NCBI GenBank assembly: GCA_028826165.1
Contig: JAPDFW010000044.1
Location: forward strand, 530,617 to 594,616
DNA length: 64,000 nucleotides
Origin: Anaeramoeba ignava BMAN
Lineage: Eukaryota > Protista > Anaeramoebae
Direction of reading: 5' to 3'
The position numbers and the translations under genes were made by a program. Below are positions 12,050 to 26,400 of this stretch, piece by piece (positions within the stretch are counted from its first letter, which is position 1; every line of letters begins with the position of its first letter). The notes below the pieces were generated by a model, which worked only from the letters and a program-made list of their open reading frames with translations, ran no database searches and had not been told where the DNA came from.

Positions 12050-14360
12050 ATGTCAGAATGGAGTGAACATATTGATCCAAGTTCAAATAGAATTTATTAT
12101 TACAATTCAAGAACAGGACAAAGTGTATGGACAAAACCAGCAGAATTAGAAGAAAAAAAAGAAGAAAAAAAAGAAGAAAAAAAAGAAGAAAAAAAAGAAA
12201 ATGAATGGGAAGAAATATTCGATCCAAATACAGGAAAAAAATACTATTATAATCACAAAACTGGGGCAAGTGTTTGGACGAAACCAAAAGAATTAGAAGA
12301 ACAAAAAGAAACTAAAAAAACTGAAAATATTGAAAATTTTGGAAATCAATCAATTGATTTACCTCCTATATTGAATGAAGACTTACCACCACCAATTCTT
12401 AATGATGATATCCAACTGCCTTCTTTAGACATGGATTTACCACCTCCAATATTTGATGGTGATATGCCACCGCCTGTTTTTGACGGAGACTTACCACCGC
12501 CTATTCTGGATGAAAATTTTTCAATTCCACAAATTGAATCAATTCCAAATAATAATTTTGATCAACAATTAAATCAAATTCCTCCACCTATAAATACTTC
12601 TCCAAACATAACAAAATCTCCTTCACCTACTAAAGAAAGAAAGTGGCCGCCTTGTTTTGGTTATCATGAAATTCCTGATGATATTATGAATGAAAATCCT
12701 GAATTAAGAATTACTGAATTTGCAAGAAAATTTTTTAATAATCAAAAATCTTTAAAAAAAGCTACTCCAAAACAATTACTCTCTTTCTCTTCAAAACCTA
12801 TTAAGAAACCTTTACTTTTATCTGTTAATAAATCTAAAACTCCAAAAATATCTTCTGAAGCTGTTGATAATTTCAAAAGTAATTTGAAATCTAAATTAAA
12901 ATTCATTTATAAAAATAAAATTAATTTATAAATATAAAATTAAAAATAAAATTAAAATTAAAATTAAAATTAAAATTAAAATTAAAATTAAAATTTAAAT
13001 TAAATTTAAAAATTAAAATTAAAATTAAAATTAAAATTAAAATTATTTTAAAGATATTTTGAGTTATATTGGTGAAAAAGGAAAAAAATCAGCAGGAGAT
13101 CCTGAAGTTGCCAAAAAAATTTTAACAAGAGGACTTCAATATCCAGAATTATGGGATGAAATTTATATTCAACTTTTAAAGCAAACACAAGGAAGAATTG
13201 AAATGTAAAATTAAAATTAAAATTTAAAATAAAAATTTAAAATTAAAATTAAAATTAAAATCTAAATTAAAATCTTTCTAATTATGTTATAAAAGGACAA
13301 CTTTAAAGAGAGTTTGGGAACTTTTAGTTTTATGTTGTAGTACATTTCCTCCATCAGAAGATTTAGAAAATTATTTGAAAAATTTTGTTTGTTTAAATAT
13401 TAAAAATGAAAGGGTTGAAATATCTGAATTTGCACAATATTGTATTCTTAAATTATTTCCCATTTCCAAAGCTCGAAATTCTAAAAAATTTTCAATTCCA
13501 CCTGATCGAACAATTCAATCAATTAATGTTTGAATCAATTATTTATTATTTTTTAAATTATTTTTTAATTTTTTAAATTATTTTTTAAATTAGGTTGCTC
13601 CTTATCAACAATCTAGACTTTTTGGAATAACTTTTGAAGAAATATTATGGTATCAAAAAGATTGGGATCCTGATCTTAAAATTCCCAAAGTTATTAAATT
13701 TTTATGTGATCAAGTTAAAGAAACTGGAGGTTAATAATCTTTAAAAATAATCTTTAAAAAAATATTCAAAATTTAAAAAAATTCAAAAAAAAAATTATAA
13801 AGGAATGTCAACTGTTGGAATTTTTAGAATTCCAGGTCAAAATGAAGAAGTTAATTATGCAAAAGATTTACTTGATAGAGGAAGTTTAGAAGTTAAATTC
13901 TCTCAACCAACAACTCCTGCATCTTTATTAAAACAATTTTTTAGAGAATTATATGAATCTTTAATTCCAGAAGAATTTTAGTAAATAAAAAATTAAATTG
14001 AAAAACGAAATTAAATTGAAAAAATAATTTTGTTTCTTTCTTTCAAAAAAAAAAAGTGATGATTGTTTAAAATGCGCAGGAAAATTAGATGAAGAAGAGA
14101 AAATTATTCAAAAATTACGTCCAATTAATTTAGCTGTTTTAACTTACTTGATTCGATATATCAGAGAATTTAGTCAACAAAGTGTTCTTTCAATAACAAA
14201 AATGGGACTTCCAAATCTTGCTCTTGTATTTGCTCCAAATTTATTACGTTGTCCACCAACAACAGAATTAAAATTAACTATGAATCAACCAAGAGAGCAA
14301 TTATTCTTTTTAACACTTTTAAAGAATTTGGATTGTAGTAAATATGAAAAGATGCTTTAA
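12050..14360 (+). CDS. ARHGAP39: WW-WW-MyTH4-RhoGAP protein (ARHGAP39/Vilse-like), multi-exon
   Basis: Two WW domains (WSEHIDPSSNRIYYYNSRTGQSVWTKP; WEEIFDPNTGKKYYYNHKTGASVWTKP). Spliced MyTH4 (FKNILSYIGE, LWDEIYIQLLKQT, VWELLVLCCSTFPPS). RhoGAP with arginine finger GIFRIPG and TKMGLPNLALVFAPNLLR. Introns include 12879-13053 and 13205-13295. Confidence 0.9.
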
Positions 14361-14454
14361 TTTCAATTCTAAAATAATTTTTCTTTTCTTTTTTTTCTTT
14401 TTTTCTTTTCAAACAAAAAGGTTTATCTTCAATTTCGTAATAAAAGAACATTAA

Positions 14455-16750
14455 CTAAATTATTAATCTTTTTAAAATCAATTATTTATAAATTATTTAA
14501 TAATAAATTATTAATCTTTCATTTATTTATTTATTAATAAATTATTAATCTTTTATTTATTTAATAATAAATTATTAATCTTTTATTTATTTAATAATAA
14601 ATTATTAATCTTTTATTTATTTATTAATAATAAATTATTAATCTTTCATTTATTTAATAATAATAAATTATTAATCTTTTCATTTATTTATTTATTAATA
14701 ATAAATTATTAATCTTTCTTTTATTTATTTATTTAATAAATAATAAATTATTAATCTTTCATTTATTTATTTATTAATAATAAATTATTAATCTTTCTTT
14801 TATTTATTTATTAATAATAAATTATTAATCTTTCATTTATTTATTTATTAATAAATTATTAATCTTTCATTTATTTATTATTAATAAATTATTAATCATT
14901 TATTTATTTAATAATAAATTATTAATCTTTTATTTATTTAATAATAAATTATTAATCTTTTATTTATTTAATAATAAATTATTAATCTTTTATTTATTTA
15001 TAATAAATTATTAATCTTTCATTTATTTATTAATAATAAATTATTAATCTTTCATTTATTTATTTATTAATAATAAATTATTAATCTTTTATTTATTTAA
15101 TAATAATAAATTATTAATCTTTTTATTTATTTATTTATTAATAAATTAATCTTTCATTTATTTATTTATTAATAATAAATTATCTTTATTTATTTATTTA
15201 ATAATAATAAATTATTAATCTTTTATTTAATCAATAATAAATTATTAATCTTTTATTTATTTAATAATAATAAATTATTAATCTTTTATTTATTTATTTA
15301 TTAATAAATTATTAATCTTTCATTTATTTATTAATAAATTATTAATCTTTCATTTATTTATTAATAAATTATTTATTTATTTAATAATAAATTATTAATC
15401 TTTCATTTATTTATTTATTAATAAATTATTAATCTTTCATTTATTTATTTATTAATAATAAATTATTAATCTTTTATTTATTTATTAATAATAAATTATT
15501 AATCTTTTATTTATTTATTAATAATAAATTATTAATCTTTTATTTATTTATTAATAATAAATTATTAATCTTTCATTTATTTATTTATTAATAATAAATT
15601 ATTAATCTTTTATTTATTTATTTAATAATAAATTATTAATCTTTCATTTATTTATTTAATAATAAATTATTAATCTTTTATTTATTTATTTAATAATAAA
15701 TTATTAATCTTTTATTTATTTAATAATAAATTATTAATCTTTTATTTATTTATTAATAATAAATTATTAATCTTTTATTCATTTATTAATAATAAATTAT
15801 TAATCTTTCATTTATTTAATAATAAATTATTAATCTTTTATTTATTTATTTTATAATAAATTATTAATCTTTCATTTATTTATTTATTAATAAATTATTA
15901 ATCTTTCATTTATTTATTTATTTAATAATAAATTATTAATCTTTTATTTATTTATTAATAATAAATTATTAATCTTTTATTTATTTATTAATAATAAATT
16001 ATTAATCTTTTATTTATTTATTTATAATAAATTATTAATCTTTCATTTATTTAATAATAAATTATTAATCTTTCATTTATTTATTTATTAATAATAATAA
16101 ATTATTAATCTTTCATTTATTTATTTATTATTAATAAATTATTAATCTTTTATTTATTTATTTATTTATTTAATAATAAATTATTAATCTTCCATTTATT
16201 TATTTATTAATTATTAATCTTTCATTTATTTATTTAATAATAAATTATTAATCATTAATTTATTTATTTATTTATTTAATAATAAATTATTAATCTTTTA
16301 TTTATTTATTAATAATAAATTATTAATCTTTTATTTATTTATTATTAATAAATTATTAATCTTTTATTTATTTATTAATAATAAATTATTAATCTTTCAT
16401 TTATTTATTAATAATAAATTATTAATCTTTTATTTATTTAATAATAATAAATTATTAATCTTTTATTTATTAATAAATAATAAATTATTAATCTTTTATT
16501 TATTTAATAATAATAAATTATTAATCTTTTATTTATTTAATAATAATAAATTATTAATCTTTTATTTATTTATTATTAATAAATTATTAATCTTTCATTT
16601 ATTTATTTAATAATAAATTATTAATCTTTTATTTATTTAATAATAATAAATTATTAATCTTTTATTTATTTAATAATAATAAATTATTAATCTTTCATTT
16701 ATTTATTAATTAATAATAAATTATTAATCTTTTATTTATTAAATTAATCT
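14455..16750. repeat. Intergenic AT-rich minisatellite, ~30-35 bp unit (AATAAATTATTAATCTTT[T/C]ATTTATTT..)
   Basis: Tandem unit directly visible over about 2.3 kb. Confidence 0.95.
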
Positions 16751-17305
16751 TTCTTTCTTCAAATTAAACTTTTACATTATTTTAAATAAAGAATTGAAGA
16801 TTTAATTTATTTTTATTGTTTTGATCAAATAAAAAGATAATTTATTATTAAGAAATATTAGGGGATTAATTCAATTCAATTCAATTCAATTTTTTTTAAT
16901 TGCTTTTTGCTTTTTGCTTTTTGCTTTTTTTTTAAATTTAACAAAAAAAAACAATAAAAAACAAAAATTAAATTAAATTTTCATTTTTTTTCTTTTAATT
17001 TCTTTGCAATTTCAAAAAAAAATTGCCTTCTTTAATAATTTTGAAGTAACAAAAAAAGAATAAAAAAAATAAAAGAAACTAAAAGAAGAAATAACAATAA
17101 TTTAATTCTAAAATTTTAAAAAAAATTAAAAAAACACCTTTCCCGAAATTTCCAATAATTCAAAACATTAATTTCTGTGTTTAAAAAAAAAATTTTTTTT
17201 TGTTAAATAATTTTTTTTAAACAGAAAAAATTTTTTTCATTTTTTTTTTTAAATAATTTAAAATAAACAAATTATAAAAAAAACAAAAACAAAAACAAAA
17301 ACAAA

Positions 17306-20300
17306 ATGCAAAACTTAGCAAATGAAAATAATAATAAAAATAGTAATTCAAATTTATCTAGAAATGAAGTTCCTTATTTTTCTAATTCGTTAATAAATAC
17401 ATTTCAACAAAAACAAAATCAAGAAGATCAAAATCAAGAAATAAAAGAAATAAATGAAATAAAAGAAATAAATGAACAAAAAATTCTTAAATCAGAACAA
17501 AAGTAAGTTTAATAGTTAAAAAAAAAATTGATCAAATTTTTTATTCAAATTTTTTATTCATTTAAAATAGTAATAATCAAGAAGAAACGAGAAAAAAAGA
17601 AACAACAAACAAAATACTTGATTTAAATCAAATTCGATTATTTCTTAAAGAAGCACAAAATCAAAATGTTAATATTCCAGAAGATTTAATAAATTCAATT
17701 GAAAAATATGAAAAAAATGAATTAACTTATGATGAAATTAGTCAAAAAATTGATTATACTTTCCAAAATAATTTTGATCTTTCAAGATTTTATCACTTCT
17801 TTTTTTCACAAAGAAGAATACAAAAACAACAACAGAAAAAAAGACCTAATCCATTTAGTGATTTAGATGTTCAAGCATATTATTTCAATAGATCAATTGA
17901 TTTTATTCAAAAAGTGGAAAAAAAATATCAACCAAATTCAAATGAATTTTTACAATTTAAAATCATTTTAGACAAAATACTTTCAAAACAAATTAATTTG
18001 CAAGAAATTATAATTGAAATTCAAAATATTTTCCCATATAACTTAGATTTAATTCAAGAATTTTTAGAAATGATTCCTCCAAATAATAAATATGAACAGC
18101 AATTAATACACTTTTCATTATTACAAATTCAAAGAAAAAGACAAGAAATGTTGAATAAATCAAATATTCATGTTGAAAAAGGAGAATCACAAAATGATTC
18201 AAATAATATTCAAAAAAATGAACAAAATCCTCAAATTTCATCTCAAATGAAACATCAACATTTCTTCAAGAAAATCAATCAATTATTAAAACCTAATTAT
18301 TATAATGATTTTTTGAAGTGCATAAATTCATTTAATCAAGGATTTTTAACAAAGAAACAACTTCTTTTGCTTGTAAAACCTTTATTTGATAAAGATATTT
18401 TTACTGAATTTGAGAAATTGATATTATTTGATGATTCAACAGTTACTGAAATTGAAAAATTAGCTCCAGTGCAACAACTTAATTTCAAAAAATTAAAAAA
18501 ATGTGGACCTTCTTATCGAGCATTACCTTCTCAAGTTAATATTTTAATTCAAAATTTAATTTAATTCATTTTAATTTTCAAAATTTAAAATAAATTTATT
18601 TAGTATCATAAAATAAAATGTCAAGCAAGAGGAAAACTTGAAAAATCCATTTTAAATAATAAATGGGTTTCAACTGCTATTGGAAAAGAAGAAACAAATG
18701 CAGAACATGATTTGGAAGATGATCAATTTGAACAAGAAATGCAAAAATTTGAAGAAAAAAGATTTGAAGTTGATATGTCACTTGAAAGTTTATCAAAAAT
18801 ATTAAAAAGTTTAACAGAAATATCATTAAAAATTGATACAATTTCACAAGAAAAAATTGAAGAATTTGCAAAAAGTAATCAAATAATAAGAAATAAATAA
18901 ATAAATCAAGATCTCATTTCAATTATTTTATTAAATAAATAGATTTCTTAAAAGATCATGTTCATTTAAAAGTTATTAAATTGCTTTATCAAAAAAATTA
19001 TAATGGATTTTTATCTTTATTTAATAAATTCCCAAAAGGAGGAATTAAAGTTATTTTAAATACTGCAACAGAAAAATATCAATATTTGCAATTAAAGAAA
19101 AAAGAAATGAATAATCATTTTGGTAATCTTACAAAAAAATATGCTCAAAAATCAAGAGAAAATCAAATTATAAAATTTCAATCACAACAAAAAAGGAAAT
19201 TAAATGAGAAAAGTAAATTGTCTTATTTTTTTTAGATAATTTTAATTTTAAAAATAAGCAAATCATTTTTAAATTATTAATTCTTTTAATTTATTACAAA
19301 AAATAAAATAAATAGATTTATTAAAAGAAATTGAAATTAGAAAAAATCAAATTGAAGAATCAGATAATATGAATATTGAATCTAGTGATGAACTTTCAAC
19401 AAGTGAAACTGAAGATTCTTCATTAAATTCTGAAGATACATTTTCATCTGAAGATTCAAATGAAAATCAAAATCAAAATCAAAATCAAAATCAAAATCAG
19501 AATGAAAATCAAAATCAAAATCAAAATCAAAATCAAAATCAAAATCAAAATCAAAATCAAAATCAAAATCAAAATCAAAATCAAAATCAAAATCAAAATG
19601 AAAATTCAAATTCAAATGAAAATTCAAATGAAAATTCAAATGAAAATTCAAATGAAAATTCAAATCAAAATGAAAATTTAAAAATTTTAGGAAATGGTGA
19701 ATAATTCAAATGAAAATTCAAATGAAAATTCAAATGAAAATTCAAATCAAAATGAAAATTTAAAAATTTTAGGAAATGGTGAATTATTTAATCAAGAAAG
19801 AAAAGAAAAAAAGATTCACTTTAAAAAAAGAAATATCAAATATTTAGTATTTGATTTTAATGATTCAATTATTTTTAATGCAATATCCAAAATTACTCAA
19901 ATTGGAATAGAAAATATTTCAAATTTAAAGAACTTTGAAATAAATAATGAAAAATATTTTTCATCAGTTACAAATTTAATGAAAAAAATTGATAAAGAAT
20001 TTGATATTAATAACATTTCCAGTTTTCTAAATGAAAAAGTTAATGAATTTATTAAAAATTTTTTCAATACAAAATCAGAATTAACAAAAATTATTGATTT
20101 GAAAAATTCCAAAAATCAAAAAGATGAAAATGAAGAAGATCTTAATTATGTTTTAGGAATTTCATTTCCAACTTCAATTCAATCAAAAATCAAAGTTATT
20201 TCACAAATGAAAGGAAACAAATATTTATATTATTTCTTCCGTGTTTATCAAATATTTTATTCAATTCTTCAAAAAGCAAAAAAGATCATTTCTCAAAAAA

Positions 20301-20722
20301 AAGAATTAGGAACACCAAAATATGATATTAATTCAACAATTCCAATTGATTTACTTCAACATGAATATTTGAAATCAGTCATTTCAAATCAAAATGAAAA
20401 AGCTTATTCTTTTGAATTTTTTCTTGCTTTAATTTCAAAAAGATTAAAAAAAGAAATTTCTAAAAACGAATTTAAACAAAAATTAAATGAAATATTTGGT
20501 CAATATGATTTTCAATTTAGTACTATTTGTGAAGTAATTGGAACATTAATTTTTTCATTTATCAAATTATTTTCAAATCAAAATCAAAATCAAAATGAAA
20601 ATGAGAATGAGAAAACCAAACAAAAACATTTTTTCAATTTCCAATTTCATGAAGTTATGAATTTATCACAAAATCAAGTTGGGAATCGATATCAACTTTT
20701 AATTTTAAACAAAAAAAACTAA
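17306..20722 (+). CDS. SIN3: Sin3-like corepressor (PAH domains + HDAC-interacting domain), divergent; introns at 17503-17570, 18535-18603, 18875-18942, 19213-19315 and possibly 19697-19772
   Basis: PAH-like helices (EFLQFKIILD...DLIQEFLEMIP; FFKKINQLL..YYNDFLKCINSFNQG). HID motifs LKKCGPSYRALP, CQARG...ILNNKWVS, EEKRFEVDMSLES. Confidence 0.8.
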
Positions 20723-20754
20723 AATAAAAAGAAAAACAAAACACAATTTAAATT

Positions 20755-22046
20755 TAATAATAAAAAATGGAATAAATTTATTAATAAAAAATGGAATAAA
20801 TTTATTAATAAAAATATAATAAATTTATTAATAAAAAATGGAATAAATTTATTAATAAAAAATATAATAAATTTATTAATAAAAAATGAAATAAATTTAT
20901 TAATAAAAAATATAATAAATTTATTAATAAAAAATGAAATAAATTTATTAATAAAAAAGTGGAATAAATTTATTAATAAAAATGGAATAAATTTATTAAT
21001 AAAAAATAGAATAAATTTATTAATAAAAAATATAATAAATTTATTAATAAAAATATAATAAATTTATTAATAAAAATATAATAAATTTATTAATAAAAAT
21101 ATAATAAAATTAATAATAAAAAGTGGAATAAATTTATTAATAAAAAGTGGAATAAATTTATTAATAAAAAGTGGAATAAATTTATTAATAAAAATATAAT
21201 AAATTTATTAATAAAAAAATAGAATAAATTTATTAATAAAAATATAATAAATTTATTAATAAAAATATAATAAATTTATTAATAAAAAAGTGGAATAAAT
21301 TTATTAATAAAAATGGAATAAATTTATTATTAAAAATATAATAAATTTATTAATAAAAATATAATAAATTTATTAATAAAAATGGAATAAATTTATTAAT
21401 AAAAATATAATAAATTTATTATTAAAAAGTGGAATAAATTTATTAATAAAAAATGGAATAAATTTATTAATAAAAATATAATAAATTTATTAATAAAAAT
21501 ATAATAAATTTATTAATAAAAAGTGGAATAAATTTATTAATAAAAATATAATAAATTTATTAATAAAAAGTGGAATAAATTTATTAATAATAAAATATAA
21601 TAAATTTATTAATAAAAATATAATAAATTTATTAATAAAAATATAATAAATTTATTAATAAAAAGTGGAATAAATTTATTAATAAAAATGGAATAAATTT
21701 ATTAATAAAAAAATGGAATAAATTTATTAATAAAAATATAATAAATTTATTAATAAAAATATGGAATAAATTTATTAATAAAAAATTGGAATAAATTTAT
21801 TAATAAAAATGGAATAAATTTATTATTAAAAAGTGGAATAAATTTAATAATAAAAAATGGAATAAATTTATTAATAAAAAATAGAATAAATTTATTAATA
21901 AAAAATATAATAAATTTATTAATAAAAAGTGGAATAAATTTATTAATAAAAAGTGGAATAAATTTATTAATAAAAAAGTGGAATAAATTTATTAATAAAA
22001 AATATAATAAATTTATTAATAAAAAATATAATAAATTTATTAATAA
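20755..22046. repeat. Minisatellite, ~23-bp unit AAAAA[GTGG/TGG/TAT/TAG]AATAAATTTATTAAT
   Basis: Tandem unit containing the 12-bp palindrome AATAAATTTATT. Confidence 0.95.
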
Positions 22047-22162
22047 ATTAAATAAAAATGAAACAGATTTCTATAATGACGTTTTTATTTTTTTAATTTT
22101 TTTCAATCAAAAAAAATATTTTTTTTTCATTTTTTTTCATTTTTCATTTTTTTTCACAATCA

Positions 22163-23407
22163 ATGAAGAAAATTACAATTTATTCAACAATATTATTTCT
22201 TTTTTTAATAACAAAAACAAAAACAAAAACAGAAACAAAAGATGTAATTGAACTAAATTATTTAAATTTTGATTCAATCGTTTTAAAAAATTATGATCAA
22301 GATGTATTTGTAGTATTTGCAGCAGAATGGTGTCCCCATTGTCAAAAATTAATGCCTGAATGGAATAAAGCAGCATCTACATTAAAAGGATTAATAATAT
22401 TTGGACATGTTGATTCTTCAGATCAAGTTTTAAATCAAAAATATCAAATAAAAGGATTTCCAACAATTAAATTATTCAAACATACAAAAGAAGGAGGAGT
22501 TAAAGAAGTGATTGATTATAATGGACAAAGAGAATTTAACTCATTGAAAAATTTCGCACTTTCATTTCTTGAATCATATGTTGTTGATTTGCAAAATGTT
22601 GATCAATGGATTTCTTCTACTCAAGACAGAAAAAAAGTTGTTTTATTTCCTTCAAGTAAATTTAATGATGTTCCCCCTTTGTTTAAAGGTTTATCAAGAG
22701 ATTTTAGAGGGGATCTTGGTTTCGGTGTTGTTTTCCAAAACAATCCTGATCATAAATATTTAATGCAAATGTTTGGTGTTGATAATTCTCCAAAAATCGT
22801 TATTCTTGATAAAAATGGTTCTCCAATTTCTTATTATTCGGGAAAAACAGAATATAAACAATTAAAAAAATATTTGAGTTCTTTTGTTAGTTCAACTTCA
22901 GAAAATTTCGAAAATTTTGAAAATGAAAATGAACAAGAAAATGAACAAGAAAATCAAGAAAATCAAGAAAATCAAAAAAATCAAAATTTTATACATCAAA
23001 TGACAAACCAAAATTATCAAGATATTTGTTTCCTTCAAAAAAAAGGTCTTTGTGTTATTTTAACTTTATCCGAATTCAACAAAAACCAAAATGAAGAAGA
23101 AAAAATCTCACTTTTTGAACAAATGATGATTAAATTGAGAAAAGATCCATTATTTAAAAGCTTTTCTTATATTAATTTCCTTGAAAGTGATATCGATAAT
23201 TCTAATGATTTTATGGAAAATTTGGGAGATATTACAGATTTATCAAAGAATCATGAATTATTTGTTATCAATCCAAAAAAAAGTAAAATGGTTGTTTTTG
23301 AAGGAAAATTAGAAGATGAATTAGAAGTTTATAATTTTTTGGATCATATCATTTCAGGAGAAGGAAAGTTTATTTCTTTAAATAAGAATCAAAAAAAAGA
23401 ACTTTAA
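22163..23407 (+). CDS. Protein disulfide isomerase (PDIA6/P5-like), intronless
   Basis: N-terminal signal peptide, thioredoxin domain with FAAEWCPHCQKL and YQIKGFPTIKLF, further Trx-like domains, C-terminal KKEL ER-retention-like signal. Confidence 0.9.
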   Translation: MKKITIYSTILFLFLITKTKTKTETKDVIELNYLNFDSIVLKNYDQDVFVVFAAEWCPHCQKLMPEWNKAASTLKGLIIFGHVDSSDQVLNQKYQIKGFPTIKLFKHTKEGGVKEVIDYNGQREFNSLKNFALSFLESYVVDLQNVDQWISSTQDRKKVVLFPSSKFNDVPPLFKGLSRDFRGDLGFGVVFQNNPDHKYLMQMFGVDNSPKIVILDKNGSPISYYSGKTEYKQLKKYLSSFVSSTSENFENFENENEQENEQENQENQENQKNQNFIHQMTNQNYQDICFLQKKGLCVILTLSEFNKNQNEEEKISLFEQMMIKLRKDPLFKSFSYINFLESDIDNSNDFMENLGDITDLSKNHELFVINPKKSKMVVFEGKLEDELEVYNFLDHIISGEGKFISLNKNQKKEL

Positions 23408-23496
23408 AAATCAGAAAATAAGAATAAATCAAGAAAGCAAAAATTTTTTTTTTGAATTCCTTTTTTTTCTTTAATAATTTTAAATTGGAAAAGAGC

Positions 23497-26400
23497 AATA
23501 AATAATAAATATAATAAATTTATTAATAAAAAATAGAATAAATTTATTAATAAAAAGTGGAATAAATTTATTAATAAAAAGTGGAATAAATTTATTAATA
23601 AAAAAATATAATAAATTTATTAATAAAAAGTGGAATAAATTTATTAATAAAAAATATAATAAATTTATTAATAAAAAATATAATAAATTTATTAATAAAA
23701 AATATAATAAATTTATTAATAAAAAAGTGGAATAAATTTATTAATAATAAAAATGGAATAAATTTATTAATAATAAAAATGGAATAAATTTATTAATAAA
23801 AAATGGAATAAATTTATTAATAAAAATATAATAAATTTATTAATAAAAAAGTGGAATAAATTTATTAATAAAAATATAATAAATTTATTAATAAAAATAT
23901 AATAAATTTATTAATAAAAAAAATAAATTTATTAATAAAAAATATAATAAATTTATTAATAAAAAGTGGAATAAATTTATTATTAATAAAAAATAATAAA
24001 TTTATTAATAAAAATATAATAAATTTATTAATAAAAAATATAATAAATTTATTAATAAAAATGGAATAAATTTATTAATAAAAATAGAATAAATTTATTA
24101 ATAAAAAATGGAATAAATTTATTAATAAAAAATGGAATAAATTTATTAATAAAAATGGAATAAATTTATTAATAAAAATATAATAAATTTATTAATAAAA
24201 ATGGAATAAATTTATTAATAAAAATGGAATAAATTTATTAATAAAAATGGAATAAATTTATTAATAAAAATATGGAATAAATTTATTATCAAAAAAAAGT
24301 GGAATATATTAATAAAAATATAATAAAATTTTATTAATAAAAATATAATAAATTTATTAATAAAAATAAAAAAAATTTATTAAAAAAATATAATAAATTT
24401 ATTAATAATAAAAATATAATAAATTTATTAATAAAAATATAATAAATTTATTAATAAAAATATAATAAATTTTATTAATAAAAATATAATAAATTTATTA
24501 AAAAAATGGAATAAATTTATTAATAAAAAAATGGAATAAAATTAATAAAAATTAATAAAAATTAATAAAAATATAATAAATTTATTAATAAAAATGGAAT
24601 AAATTTATTAATAAAAAATGGAATAAAATTTATTAATAAAAAAAAATGGAATAAATTTATTATTAATAAAAATATAATAAATTTATTAATAAAAATATAA
24701 TAAATTTATAATAAAAATATAATAAATTTATTAAAAAAATATAATAAATTTATTAATAATAAAAATATAATAAATTTATTAATAAAAATATAATAAAATT
24801 TTGAAATTCAAATTTATTAATAAAAATATAATAAATTTATAATAAAAATATAATAAATTTATTAATAAAAATATAATAAATTTATTAATAAAAATAGAAT
24901 AAATTTATTAATAAAAATATAATAAATTTATTAATAAAAAATATAATAAATTTATTAATAAAAATATAATAAATTTTTAATAAAAATATAATAAATTTAT
25001 TTAGTGGAATAAATTTATTAATAAAAAATGGAATAAATTTATTAATAAAAATGGAATAAATTTATTAATAAAAATATAATAAATTTATTAATAAAAATAT
25101 AATAAATTTATTAATAAAAATATAATAAATTTAAAAAAAAAAATATAATAAATTTATTAATAAAAATATAATAAATTTATTAATAAAAATGGAATAAATT
25201 TAATAATAAAAATAGAATAAATTTATTAAAAAAAATAAATAAATTTATTAATAAAAAAGTGGAATAAATTTATTAATAAAAATATAACAAATTTATTAAT
25301 AAAAAATATAATAAATTTATTAATAAAAATATAATAAATTTATTAATAAAAATATAATAAATTTATTAATAAAAAAATATAATAAAATTAATAAAAATAT
25401 AATAAATTTATTAATAAAAAATGGAATAAATTTATTAATAAAAAATATATAAATTTATAAAAAAATATAATAAATTTATTAATAAAAATAGAATAAATTT
25501 ATTAATAAAAATAAATAAATTTATTAATAAAAATGGAATAAATTTATTAATAAAAAATATAATAAATTTATTAATAATAAATATAATAAATTTATTAATA
25601 AAAAGTGGAATAAATTTATTAATAAAAATATAATAAATTTATTAATAAAAATATAATAAATTTATTAATAAAAATATAATAAATTTATTAATTATTAATA
25701 AAAATATAATAAATTTATTAATAAAAAAAGTGGAATAAATTTATTAATAAAAATATAATAAATTTATTAATAAAAATGGAATAAATTTATTAATAAAAAT
25801 GGAATAAATTTATTAATAAAAATATAATAAATTTAATAATAAAAATATAATAAATTTATTAATAAAAATTGAATAAATTTATTAATAAAAAAATAATAAA
25901 TTTATTATTAAAAATTTAATAAATTTATTAATAAAAAATGGAATAAATTTATTTAAAAAAATGGAAAAATTTATTAATAAAAATTAATAAATTTATTAAT
26001 AAAAATGGAATAAATTTATTAATAAAAATGGAATAAATTTATTAATAAAAATGGAATAAATTTATTAATAAAAAATGGAATAAATTTATTAATAAAAAGG
26101 TGGAATAAATTTATTAATAAAAATATAATAAATTTATTAATAAAAAAATAATAAATTTATTAATAAAAAATAAAATAAATTTATTAATAAAAATATAATA
26201 AATTTATTAATAAAAATATAATAAATTTATTAATAAAAATAAAATAAATTTATTAATAAAAATATAATAAATTTATTAATAAAAATATAATAAATTTATT
26301 AATAAAAAGTGGAATAAATTTATTAATAAAAAAATATAATAAATTTATTAATAAAAATATAATAAATTTAATAAAAAATATAATAAATTTATTAATAAAT

